Below, in pieces: positions 1 through 9,657 of a DNA stretch of 46,103 nt (positions are counted from its first letter, which is position 1; each line of letters starts with the position of its first letter). This stretch comes from Bacteroidetes bacterium GWA2_31_9 (GTDB lineage: Bacteria; Bacteroidota; Bacteroidia; Bacteroidales; GWF2-33-38), in NCBI GenBank assembly GCA_001768975.1, contig MEND01000098.1, positions 1 to 46,103 on the forward strand, read 5' to 3'. Below the pieces are notes generated by a model. That model was not told the DNA's origin, ran no database searches, and saw only the letters and a program-made list of their open reading frames with translations. A program made the translations under genes and the position numbers.

Positions 1-3000
1 AAATCACAGAAGATATTTCGGGAAAGCCAACAGGAATAAATACAGTAACTGTTACCGATGCAAATGGTTGTACAAAAACAAATACTACAAATATTACCCA
101 ACCAGCATTGGCACTTACAGCAACAGCAACAAATACAAATGTAAGCTGTAACGCTGGTTCAAATGGAACTGCAACAGCAACGCCTGTTGGAGGAACGTCG
201 CCATATTTCTATACATGGACTGATGGTGAAACAACACAAACAATTACAAATAAGCAAATTGGAACTTACGATGTAACTGTAACTGATTCAAAAGGTTGTG
301 TGGTTAATGCTTCTGTAACTATTACTGAACCAACAGCATTATCTGCATCTATAACTGCCCAAACTGATATATTATGTAATGGAGCTTCGACAGGTTCTGC
401 CACTGTTACTGAGGCAGGAGGAACATCTCCATACTTGTATTCATGGACAGGTGGAGGATCAACTGCAACCTATTCAAATGTTATTGCAGGAATTTATACA
501 GCAACTGTTACAGATTCACACTCTTGTACTGCAACTGCTTCTGTAACTATAACAGAGCCAACTGCATTGGCAAGCTCTATCGTTTCTCAAACAAATGTAG
601 GTTGTAACAATGGAACTGATGGCGATGCTACAGTTGAAGCCTCAGGAGGAACAACACCATATACATATTTATGGAGTAATGGTCAAACAGTTACAACTGC
701 CACAAATTTAAATTTTGGATTATATCCAGTAACAGTAACTGATAATAATTTATGTACTAGTATTTCTGAAGCTACTATTACTCAGGCAACATCTTTAGCA
801 ATTTCAGTTACTTCACAAATTAATGTGAGTTGTTTTGGCACAGCTACAGGTTCTGCAAATACAACTACTACAGGAGGGTCAACACCTTATACTTATTTAT
901 GGTCAAATGGACAAACTTCTTCAAATGCATCAAGTTTAATAGCTGATGTTTATTCTGTTACAGTTTCTGATGCAAATGACTGCAACGCATTAACCGCTTT
1001 AACAATCTCTGAACCTGCATTATTGACTTCATCTGCAAACTCCACCGACGTTACTTGTAATGGCGGAAATGATGGAAGTGCAACTGTTGAGGCTTTAGGC
1101 GGAACACTTCCATATAATTATGTTTGGTCAAATGGAGAGTCAACATCAATTGTTTATAACTTAATAGCAGGAATTTATGGTGTTACTATAACTGATAATA
1201 ATAGCTGCGAAACAACAGCATCAGTTACGATAATTGAACCAGTACCAATGTCTCCTGATGCCGGACTACCACAAACAGTTTGTTCAAAATCAATAATTTC
1301 ATTAACTGCTACAGGTGGTGAAAATTACATTTGGAGCAATGGAGTTAATCAAGGATTACCTTACGAAATAATTTCTACTACAAATTTTTATGTTACAGTA
1401 ACCGATTCTGTTGGTTGTTCATCAATTGACTCAGTCCTTGTTACAGCGTTACAATTACCTACAGTTTCAGCTGGTGATGACAAATCAATTTGTCCAGGAA
1501 GTGATGTCCAACTTGGGGGGAATCCTACAGCAACTGACGGAGTTAGCCCTTATACTTATATCTGGTCTAATTCTGAATCATTAAATGATGAAACAATTTC
1601 AAATCCTACGGCAAATACTTTAGTAAGCCAAACTTATATTGTTACAGTTACCGATTCAAATGCTTGTAGCAATTATGATTCTGTTCAGGTTAATTTAACA
1701 TTTTTAGCTTCTGTTGCAGCAGGTACTGATGCTACAATCTGTGAAGGAACTTCCTATGCTTTATTTGGCTCTTATGGTGGGGGCGCTTCATCAATTACAT
1801 GGACTTCTCTAACAGGAGGAACTTTTGATAATGATACTTTGCCAACCGCAACTTATACTCCTTCATCTGCTAATATAACTAATGGTTCTGTAATGTTAAC
1901 AATTACAACAGATGATCCTCCTGGTCAATGCGAAGCGATTAAAGACTCTGTTATGATTACTATAATAGGAAAACCAACTGTATATGCAGGAGTAGATAGT
2001 GTTATTTGCGAAGGTAGTACTTATGATTTATCAGGAATTTTTGGTGGAAGTGCAAATGCAATTATTTGGACATCAATAGATGGAAGCTTTGGTGATTACA
2101 CATCCACGAATACAATTTATACCCCTTCATCGAGTGAGATATTTGCAGGTGGTGTTTATATTGTGATTACTTCTAATGATACTTCCGGATATTGTGCAGT
2201 TGCTAAAGACACAATGTTTTTAGCAATAAATCATATAGCTTCTGTTAATGCTGGAATTGATACAAGTATTTGCCAAGGACAAAGCTATACTCTTGCGGGA
2301 TCTTATAGCGGAGGTGCTAGTTCAATATTATGGACATCTTCAACAGGAGGAACTTTCGACAATGATACTTTGGTAAGTGCAAAATATACTCCTTCGGCAC
2401 TTGATATTTCAACTGGCTTTGTTGTTTTAACAATCACAACTAATGATCCTGATGGACCATGTTATGTTGACAGCGATAGTATAAGAATAAACATTAATCC
2501 AAAAGCTATTGCTAATGCCGGACCTGACAAACAAATATGTCCAAATGCTTCTTGTACAATTTCAGGGGCAAGTGTCGGAGGAAGTACTACATCATTCTAT
2601 TGGACATCAACAGGTTCGGGAACTTTCGATAACGACACAATACTTAATACAACATATACACCAAGTATTGCTGATATTAATCTAGGCTCTGTATATCTTT
2701 ATCTTCATACCAATAATCCTCTGGGGGTTTGTAATGCTGTATCAGATAGAATGACATTAACAATTTCAGGATTTGTAACTGTAGTTGCTGAGGAAGACAA
2801 AGTTATATGTGCAAATTCTAATGCTGTTAGCGTATCTGGATTAGTTAGCGGTCCTATAACTACCGGAATTTGGTCAACTTCAGGAGCTGGAACTTTTACA
2901 TCTGACACTGCATTATCAACATACTATATTGTTAGTCCAGAAGATACATTAGCAGGTTCTGTTACAATTTACTTATCATCTGAAGACAATGGGGCTTGCG

Positions 3001-6000
3001 ATCAGGTTAGTGATTCACTAATATTGACAATAAATCCAGAGATTTATATTAATGCTGGTATAAATGACACTGTTTGTGCAAACAATGCTGAAATATTATT
3101 AAATGGAAATGTTTGGGGTGGCACAAATACAGGAAGATGGTCTTCTAGTGGAACAGGAATTTTTACACCTAACGATTCTGCTTTAAATGCGATTTATATT
3201 CCAAGTATTGAAGATACTACAGCTGGTGAAGTAACTTTGTATTTGTTATCAACTAATAATGGATTATGTGATGAATATCTTGATTCAGTAACAATTAAAA
3301 TCACTCCTGCACCAGTTGCAAATGCAGGAACTGACATTTATGTATGCGTTAATAATCCAGAAATCCAATTAGATGGAAATATTTTTGGAGGAAGTGTAAA
3401 CGGAGTATGGACTACAAATGGAACAGGCACATTTACACCAAACGATAGTATTGTTAATCCAACTTATTCGCCAACAGAAAGTGACACTTTAGCTGGAAGC
3501 TTGACTTTTGTACTTACATCAATTGAAAATGGTAGTTGTTTAGCTTCTGCTGATACTGTAAAAGCATTCTTTACTCCTGCTCCAATAGTTTTTGCAGGAG
3601 ACGATGTTACAATTTGCGGAAACGATTCAACTCAATTGGCTGGTTCTGTAATTGGTGGTGCAGGTACTGGTGTTTGGTCGTTGTATAATTCTACAGGTCA
3701 AATTGTTCCTAATACGAGTTCTTTAAATGCTTATTACAAACCTAGTCAAAATGATATAAGTGCTGGCTTTGCAACACTTATATTATCATCTAGCAACTTA
3801 CAAGGATGTTTAGTTGAGCGAGATACAGTAGTCATTAACTTAACTACTTCGCCCACTGTAAATGCTGGTGATACAACTACAGTTTGTGAAAATAACAGCA
3901 TAGTTCAGATTAATGGAGATGTTTCAGGAATATCAAATACTGGTTCTTGGACAACTAGTGGAGATGGAAGCTTCGGTTTTGCAGATACAGTTTTAATAAA
4001 TGAGTACTATCCTGGAATTAATGATATATCAGACGAATATGTAAGTTTAATATTGACATCTACTAATAATGGAAATTGTCCGGCCGATGTTGATACATTT
4101 TTCGTGAATATTCTTCCTAAACCAATTGTATTTGCCGGAAATGATAAAAATGTTTGTAAAACTTTGAATGCATCACTTAATGGAACAGTTTCTGGAACAA
4201 CAACAACAGGTTCTTGGATTACTTTAGGAGATGGTTCATTTAGTAACAACAATATTTTAAATCCTACATACATACCTGGGACAAACGACACTGCAACTGG
4301 TTTTGTATATTTAGTTCTTACATCAACTAATAATTTAAGTTGTATTGAAGTTTCAGACACTATTAAGCTAAATTTCATTGACTTGCCTTATGTTAATGCA
4401 GGAAGCGACTTAAGTATTTGTAATAATAATACTGAGTTTGACTTATCTGGAATCATAAATAGTCCTACAAATACTGGACAATGGATAAGCTCTGGTACTG
4501 GAACATTTATTCCAAATGATACTGCAATGAATGTAACTTATATTTCAACTCCAGATGACACATTATCAGGAAATATAAGCATTATTTTAAATGCAACTAA
4601 CACTTGTACATTCTCAGATACAATATTGATTAATTATTCATTAAGTCCAGTAATAGAAGCTGGTGTAAACAGAACAATTTGTATTGATCAATCTCAGGTT
4701 CAATTATCAGGATTTGCTGGTGGTGGTGCTTCAGGTGGCATCTGGACAACAAGTGGTACAGGATATTTCACACCAAACGACTCTACATTGAATGCAAAAT
4801 ATATTAGAAGTTCTCAAGACAGTTTAAATTCAATTTTCTATCTTACATTAACAGCTACAAATGTTGATAATTGCATAGAAGTTAAGGATTCTCTTAGAGT
4901 AAAAATAACAACAATTCCTGTGGTTGAAGCAGGAAGCGATTTTACTTATTGTGCAAATAATGCGACAATACATCTTGGTGGAATTATTACAGGTGTAGCT
5001 TCAACAGGAGCTTGGACAAGTTCTGGAACAGGAACTTTCACAGCCTCAAATACAGATTTGAATGGTTTTTACAATCCAAGTGCAGCTGATACAGCTAATG
5101 GATTTGTAAGGTTAACATTATCATCTACAGATGCATGTTTAAATATTTCTGACAGCGTTTTATACACATTTAGTCCTGCTCCATACGTTAATGCTGGGCT
5201 TGATAAAACTGTTTGTGCAAATAATAATACTGTCGATTTATATGGATATGTAAGCTCTTCTTCAAATACAGCAAAATGGCTTTCAACAGGAACAGGTTCG
5301 TTTTCTCCTAACAATACAGCTCTTAATGGTCAGTATATGCCAAGTAACACTGATATATCAAATCATGGCTGTAAATTAATATTGCTTTCAACAAACAACG
5401 GAATGTGCTTTGCCGAAAGAGATACCATTAATTTGGAAATTACACCTTCTCCTGTTGTAAATGCTGGTTCACAACAATATGTTTGTAAAGATGCAACTAT
5501 TTCATTAAATGGATCTGTAACAGGAGGTTCTAGCTCAGGTATTTGGTCAACAAATGGAACAGGAACTTTCAATCCTTCAAACACAGAACTTAATGCGACT
5601 TACACTCCTAGTCCATCCGATACAATTGCCGGAATATTGACATTTACTCTTAAATCAACAAATAATGGAACATGTAACGAGGTGTCTTCAGCTATGGTTG
5701 CAATTTTTACAGACAGACCAACTGTTGATGCAGGCACAGATTTAACACTTTGTGCTAATAATGCAAATGTTAATCTAAATGGAATAGTTTCAGGAAGTAC
5801 TACAACAGGAATTTGGACAACTACTAATGCTGGAACTTTCCTTCCGAGTGAAACTGATTTAGAGGCAACATATAAACCATCGGTTGCAACCTTAGCTAGT
5901 GGTTCTACACAATTAATTTTAACTTCAGCAAATTCCTGTGAACAAAGTGATACCATTACTTTAACCTTTACAACAGCACCTTTGGTTTCAGCTGGCTCTG

Positions 6001-9000
6001 ATCAGGTGTTTTGTGTCAATAATCCGGAAGTTCAATTAAACGGATCTGTAACATTAGGTGCATCAACCGGAAAGTGGACTACATCGGGTACAGGTCAGTT
6101 TGTTCCTAACGACTCTACATTTAGTGCAATTTATAACCCAAGTGTTTTAGATACACTTCTCGGACAAATAACCTTAACACTCTCATCTACAAATCATGGA
6201 GATTGCAATACGGAATCTGATTTTATGACTGTTAGTTTTGTCGAAAAACCTATTGTTGATGCAGGATTTGACCAAACTATTTGTGCCAATAATCATGTGT
6301 TTTTTGATGGGCAAATTGATGGGGGAATAAATATGGGCTATTGGTCAACAAGTGGTACAGGTAATTTCTTCCCCGACTCAAGTATATTATGGGCTTATTA
6401 TAAGTTTAGTTCTCAAGATACTACTCAAAATCAATTGCCATTTGTATTAAGTACTCCCGATTTTGCAGGATGCGTTTCCGAATCCGATACTGTTGTTGTA
6501 AGTATAACTCCTGCTCCTCATGCTTTTGCAGGAAACGATACTATTGTATGTGCTAATAATTCAAATCTTCAACTAAATGGCTCTATTTGGGGTCCAACAA
6601 TTACAGGCAAATGGAATAGCTCTGGAAACGGTACTTTTTCACCAAATGACACAACTTTAAACGCATTCTATATACCGGGAACAGCTGATATTGATTCAGG
6701 ATTTGCATATTTAACTCTCTGGAGTACAAACGATGGCGATTGTTTTTATGCTTATGATACATTAAAGGTTACAATCTTGCCTAGTCCTGAACCAATTGCA
6801 GGCAGTGACCTATATATTTGCAATGGCGACTATGTTAGAATCAATGGAAGTATTGGTGGAAATTCAACTTCCGGAATTTGGAATACAAATGGAACAGGGA
6901 CAATTACACCTAATGACACTAGCTTAAGTATCATTTATATCCCTTCTGCAACTGACACAATTAATGGTAGTATATATTTTGTTTTGACTTCAACTAATAC
7001 AGGACTATGTAATGCTGAACAAGATACTGTTTACGTTTACTTCTCAGCTCCTCCAGTTGTAGATGCTGGCTCTGATAAAATAGTCTGTGCAAATAATGCA
7101 GAAATTATTTTAAATGGAATCGTTTCTGGAAGTTCTATAACAGGCGAATGGACAACTAGCGGAGATGGTACATTCTCGCCAGATTCCATCAGCTTAGATG
7201 GCAATTATATTCCTGGATTAAGCGATTTGAGTTTAGGTCATGTTATTTTGACATTATCTTCAACTTTTTCATGTCGAGTTCAAGATTCAATTTATTTAAC
7301 TGTTACGCCTGCTCCTGTTGTTAATGCTGGAATGGATTTAATAATATGCAATAATCAATCTTCAGTTGATTTGTCAGGAATTGTTTCTGGTGGAGCATCT
7401 ACTGGAATTTGGACTTCTACAGGAAACGGTACTTTTTCACCAAATAATGAGAGTTTATTAGCAGATTATATTATTAGTCAGCAAGATAGTATTGACAGAA
7501 CCTTTATGTTGATTTTGACATCTACTAACAATGGCGATTGCTTTGCTGTAAGTGACACAATGAAAGTAACAATAACATCTATTCCACAAATTACTGCTGG
7601 CTCTGACCAAATTGTTTGTGCTAATGTTGAGGCAATTCTTGAAGGAGATATAATTGGTGGTAATAATTCAGTTCATTGGACAACATCTGGTTCTGGAATT
7701 TTCTTGCCAAGTGATACAGCCAGAGATGCTTCATATATTTTCAGTGCAGCTGATACAACAATTGGAGAAGTAATTTTAACAATTCAATCAACTAACTCTT
7801 GTGTTAGCGTTCTAGACGATATGCATATTGACATAACTCCTGCTCCCGTTTTGGATATTTGGGTTACTAGTCCTGCTTGCGAAAACAATGATGCAATTCA
7901 ATTATTTAGTTCTGTAAATATTGCTGGAGGTGCAATTTGGAGTTCGATTACAAATGGAACTTTTTCACCAAATGATTCAGTTCGAGAGCCAGTGTATTAT
8001 ATGTCTAACGATGATATAGATAATGGGTACATCTTATTAGTACTTACAAGTATTGAAAATGGAAATTGTAATGCTGTAATAGATACCTTTGAAATGTCAA
8101 TTATTCCAAAACCAAATGTAAATGCAGGCTTAGATCAAAATATTTGTTTTGAAAATCTTTATGTAAGATTAAATGGAGCTGTTTCAGAGGGTTCTAATTC
8201 TGGTGTTTGGACTACAAATGGTTCAGGTTCATTTGTACCTGATAGCACAAATCTAAATGCAATCTATATCCCTTCTGACAATGATACAGTTTCATCTCAA
8301 AATGGAATTTATTTTATACTTACTTCTACAAACAATGGCTCATGTAATGAAGAAGCCGACACTGTGAATGTGATATGGACTGAAATGCCAATTGTGAATG
8401 CAGGAGAAAATATTGAAGTATGTGCTTACGATGGAAATATTCAGCTTTCAGGAACAATTGTAGGTCCAAATAATTTTGGTAAATGGACTACTTCTGGAAC
8501 TGGAACATTTGTTCCTGATAACACCAGTTTAATTACTGCTTATGTCCCAAGTCAGGAAGATGTTGACAATGTTGACATTGTATTAACTCTTACAGCCACT
8601 CAGAGTTGTGTTCCGATAAAAGATGAAATAATTCTTTCTTTAAATTCAGGTCCTTCTGTCGATTTTACAAGTGTTGAAACTTGTAATAGTACTTCAGTAT
8701 TGTTTAATAATCTTACTACAAATAATTCCGGAACAACTTATTTTTGGAATTGGAGCTTTGGTGATGGGACTACTTCTTCAGATTTAAACCCAAGTCATAC
8801 ATATAATTCAATTAATAATTATACTGTTGAATTAAAGGCAACTACTGATAAAAACTGTGTCGATTCTGTCAGAAAAACTATCTCATTACACAGTATAGAA
8901 GCAAGCTTTGTTTCTATAGCAAAATGTTTAAAAGACGAAGTAATTTTCAGAGATAGTTCAATTGTTGAAAATGATACAATCAGTTCATGGTATTGGGATT

Positions 9001-9656
9001 TTGGTGATGGATATTCAGATAATAATTACATTACAAATCATTTGTACAATGAAATCAACACTTATGATGTATGGTTAAATGTTAGTACTGTCTCTGGATG
9101 CGAAGATTCAATTAATAAATCAATTGAAATATATCCTGACCCAATTTCAGGATTTACCGTAACTCCTGAAAAGCCTTTCCCTTATGATGAAGTTTCGTTT
9201 ATAGATAATTCTATTGGAGCAACTCAATGGCTTTGGATATTTGGCGATAATTCAGATACTATTAATCTTCAAATGCCAACACATTCTTATACTAATAACA
9301 ATACTTATCAGGTTACACAAATTGCAATTAACGATTATGGTTGTACAGATACTTTAACTATTGATTTCTTAGTTGAAGGCATTGTTGATCCATTTATTCC
9401 ATCAGCATTTTCACCAAACAACGATGGACAAAATGATGTTCTGCGTGTAAGAGGAGGGCCGTTTAGTTCGGTCGAGATGCAAGTTTATAACAGCTGGGGA
9501 AGGTTGCTATTCGAGTCAAATAGCCAAACAACAGGTTGGGATGGAACATATAAAGGCAAGCAACAACCAATAGGTGTTTACATTTATATTGTTAAAGTAA
9601 TAACAACAGATGGTGTAACTCATTATAAACAAGGTGATGTAACAATTTTAAGATAA
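1..9656 (+). CDS. Giant cell-surface adhesin, 5'-truncated by the window edge (3217 codons visible). Order: SprB-type repeats, 26 tandem ~88-aa modules, 3 PKD domains, T9SS type-B (gliding-motility-associated) C-terminal domain
   Basis: Frame 3 is open from nt 3. The upstream peptide ITEDISGKPTGINTVTVTDANGCTKTNTTNITQP is already the end of a SprB-type repeat, so the TTG at 108 in the ORF track is internal, not a start. Stop TAA at 9654-9656. The C-terminus FIPSAFSPNNDGQNDVL..VYNSWGRLLFE..WDGTYKG..GVYIYIV fits the type-B CTD pattern. Confidence 0.9.
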   Translation, partial: ITEDISGKPTGINTVTVTDANGCTKTNTTNITQPALALTATATNTNVSCNAGSNGTATATPVGGTSPYFYTWTDGETTQTITNKQIGTYDVTVTDSKGCVVNASVTITEPTALSASITAQTDILCNGASTGSATVTEAGGTSPYLYSWTGGGSTATYSNVIAGIYTATVTDSHSCTATASVTITEPTALASSIVSQTNVGCNNGTDGDATVEASGGTTPYTYLWSNGQTVTTATNLNFGLYPVTVTDNNLCTSISEATITQATSLAISVTSQINVSCFGTATGSANTTTTGGSTPYTYLWSNGQTSSNASSLIADVYSVTVSDANDCNALTALTISEPALLTSSANSTDVTCNGGNDGSATVEALGGTLPYNYVWSNGESTSIVYNLIAGIYGVTITDNNSCETTASVTIIEPVPMSPDAGLPQTVCSKSIISLTATGGENYIWSNGVNQGLPYEIISTTNFYVTVTDSVGCSSIDSVLVTALQLPTVSAGDDKSICPGSDVQLGGNPTATDGVSPYTYIWSNSESLNDETISNPTANTLVSQTYIVTVTDSNACSNYDSVQVNLTFLASVAAGTDATICEGTSYALFGSYGGGASSITWTSLTGGTFDNDTLPTATYTPSSANITNGSVMLTITTDDPPGQCEAIKDSVMITIIGKPTVYAGVDSVICEGSTYDLSGIFGGSANAIIWTSIDGSFGDYTSTNTIYTPSSSEIFAGGVYIVITSNDTSGYCAVAKDTMFLAINHIASVNAGIDTSICQGQSYTLAGSYSGGASSILWTSSTGGTFDNDTLVSAKYTPSALDISTGFVVLTITTNDPDGPCYVDSDSIRININPKAIANAGPDKQICPNASCTISGASVGGSTTSFYWTSTGSGTFDNDTILNTTYTPSIADINLGSVYLYLHTNNPLGVCNAVSDRMTLTISGFVTVVAEEDKVICANSNAVSVSGLVSGPITTGIWSTSGAGTFTSDTALSTYYIVSPEDTLAGSVTIYLSSEDNGACDQVSDSLILTINPEIYINAGINDTVCANNAEILLNGNVWGGTNTGRWSSSGTGIFTPNDSALNAIYIPSIEDTTAGEVTLYLLSTNNGLCDEYLDSVTIKITPAPVANAGTDIYVCVNNPEIQLDGNIFGGSVNGVWTTNGTGTFTPNDSIVNPTYSPTESDTLAGSLTFVLTSIENGSCLASADTVKAFFTPAPIVFAGDDVTICGNDSTQLAGSVIGGAGTGVWSLYNSTGQIVPNTSSLNAYYKPSQNDISAGFATLILSSSNLQGCLVERDTVVINLTTSPTVNAGDTTTVCENNSIVQINGDVSGISNTGSWTTSGDGSFGFADTVLINEYYPGINDISDEYVSLILTSTNNGNCPADVDTFFVNILPKPIVFAGNDKNVCKTLNASLNGTVSGTTTTGSWITLGDGSFSNNNILNPTYIPGTNDTATGFVYLVLTSTNNLSCIEVSDTIKLNFIDLPYVNAGSDLSICNNNTEFDLSGIINSPTNTGQWISSGTGTFIPNDTAMNVTYISTPDDTLSGNISIILNATNTCTFSDTILINYSLSPVIEAGVNRTICIDQSQVQLSGFAGGGASGGIWTTSGTGYFTPNDSTLNAKYIRSSQDSLNSIFYLTLTATNVDNCIEVKDSLRVKITTIPVVEAGSDFTYCANNATIHLGGIITGVASTGAWTSSGTGTFTASNTDLNGFYNPSAADTANGFVRLTLSSTDACLNISDSVLYTFSPAPYVNAGLDKTVCANNNTVDLYGYVSSSSNTAKWLSTGTGSFSPNNTALNGQYMPSNTDISNHGCKLILLSTNNGMCFAERDTINLEITPSPVVNAGSQQYVCKDATISLNGSVTGGSSSGIWSTNGTGTFNPSNTELNATYTPSPSDTIAGILTFTLKSTNNGTCNEVSSAMVAIFTDRPTVDAGTDLTLCANNANVNLNGIVSGSTTTGIWTTTNAGTFLPSETDLEATYKPSVATLASGSTQLILTSANSCEQSDTITLTFTTAPLVSAGSDQVFCVNNPEVQLNGSVTLGASTGKWTTSGTGQFVPNDSTFSAIYNPSVLDTLLGQITLTLSSTNHGDCNTESDFMTVSFVEKPIVDAGFDQTICANNHVFFDGQIDGGINMGYWSTSGTGNFFPDSSILWAYYKFSSQDTTQNQLPFVLSTPDFAGCVSESDTVVVSITPAPHAFAGNDTIVCANNSNLQLNGSIWGPTITGKWNSSGNGTFSPNDTTLNAFYIPGTADIDSGFAYLTLWSTNDGDCFYAYDTLKVTILPSPEPIAGSDLYICNGDYVRINGSIGGNSTSGIWNTNGTGTITPNDTSLSIIYIPSATDTINGSIYFVLTSTNTGLCNAEQDTVYVYFSAPPVVDAGSDKIVCANNAEIILNGIVSGSSITGEWTTSGDGTFSPDSISLDGNYIPGLSDLSLGHVILTLSSTFSCRVQDSIYLTVTPAPVVNAGMDLIICNNQSSVDLSGIVSGGASTGIWTSTGNGTFSPNNESLLADYIISQQDSIDRTFMLILTSTNNGDCFAVSDTMKVTITSIPQITAGSDQIVCANVEAILEGDIIGGNNSVHWTTSGSGIFLPSDTARDASYIFSAADTTIGEVILTIQSTNSCVSVLDDMHIDITPAPVLDIWVTSPACENNDAIQLFSSVNIAGGAIWSSITNGTFSPNDSVREPVYYMSNDDIDNGYILLVLTSIENGNCNAVIDTFEMSIIPKPNVNAGLDQNICFENLYVRLNGAVSEGSNSGVWTTNGSGSFVPDSTNLNAIYIPSDNDTVSSQNGIYFILTSTNNGSCNEEADTVNVIWTEMPIVNAGENIEVCAYDGNIQLSGTIVGPNNFGKWTTSGTGTFVPDNTSLITAYVPSQEDVDNVDIVLTLTATQSCVPIKDEIILSLNSGPSVDFTSVETCNSTSVLFNNLTTNNSGTTYFWNWSFGDGTTSSDLNPSHTYNSINNYTVELKATTDKNCVDSVRKTISLHSIEASFVSIAKCLKDEVIFRDSSIVENDTISSWYWDFGDGYSDNNYITNHLYNEINTYDVWLNVSTVSGCEDSINKSIEIYPDPISGFTVTPEKPFPYDEVSFIDNSIGATQWLWIFGDNSDTINLQMPTHSYTNNNTYQVTQIAINDYGCTDTLTIDFLVEGIVDPFIPSAFSPNNDGQNDVLRVRGGPFSSVEMQVYNSWGRLLFESNSQTTGWDGTYKGKQQPIGVYIYIVKVITTDGVTHYKQGDVTILR
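3..1241 (+). repeat. SprB-type protein repeat array (1 partial + 5 complete ~76-aa units) at the visible N-terminal part of the adhesin
   Basis: Recurrent pattern C-N-G-x3-G-x-A-T-V-x3-GG-T-x-P-Y-x-Y-x-W-S...G-x-Y-x-V-T-V-T-D-x-N-x-C...V-T-I-T-E-P. Copies are diverged at nucleotide level. Confidence 0.8.
1704..8645 (+). repeat. 26 tandem copies of an 86-91 aa module
   Basis: I counted 26 consecutive units, from LASVAAGTDATICEG to MPIVNAGENIEVCAY. Consensus: P-x-V-x-AG-x-D-x2-VC-ANN-x5-L-NG-x-V-x-G-x3-TG-x-W-T-T-SG-TG-T-F-x-PN-x3-LNA-x-Y-x-PS-x2-D-x3-G-x3-L-x-L-T-S-T-NNG-x-C. Two conserved Cys per unit. Units 5 and 24 have a degenerate AGxD motif. Confidence 0.85.
8646..9384 (+). other. Three PKD-type domains
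   Basis: Three copies of the PKD hallmark: W-x-(F/W)-GDG...H-x-Y...Y-x-V (WNWSFGDGTTS..HTYNSINNYTV; WYWDFGDGYSD..HLYNEINTYDV; WLWIFGDNSDT..HSYTNNNTYQV). Confidence 0.75.
9385..9653 (+). other. T9SS type-B C-terminal sorting domain (gliding-motility-associated CTD)
   Basis: PSAFSPNNDGQNDVLRV..MQVYNSWGRLLFES..GWDGTYKGKQQPIGVYIYIVKV motif string at the extreme C-terminus. Confidence 0.8.
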
Positions 9657-9657
9657 C

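Noticed and set aside
108-110. TTG at 108 offered by the ORF track as the start of the first giant gene
   Set aside because: The frame is open back to nt 3, and the upstream codons already encode the tail of a SprB-type repeat. The gene is 5'-truncated by the window.
2705-5956. Minus-strand ORFs of 67-123 aa (2705-2908, 4007-4378, 5069-5314, 5363-5584, 5600-5956) inside the first adhesin gene
   Set aside because: They are antisense shadow ORFs fully nested in a strongly supported repeat-coding frame. Their translations are low-complexity mirrors of the T/S/N/G-rich sense codons and carry no motifs.
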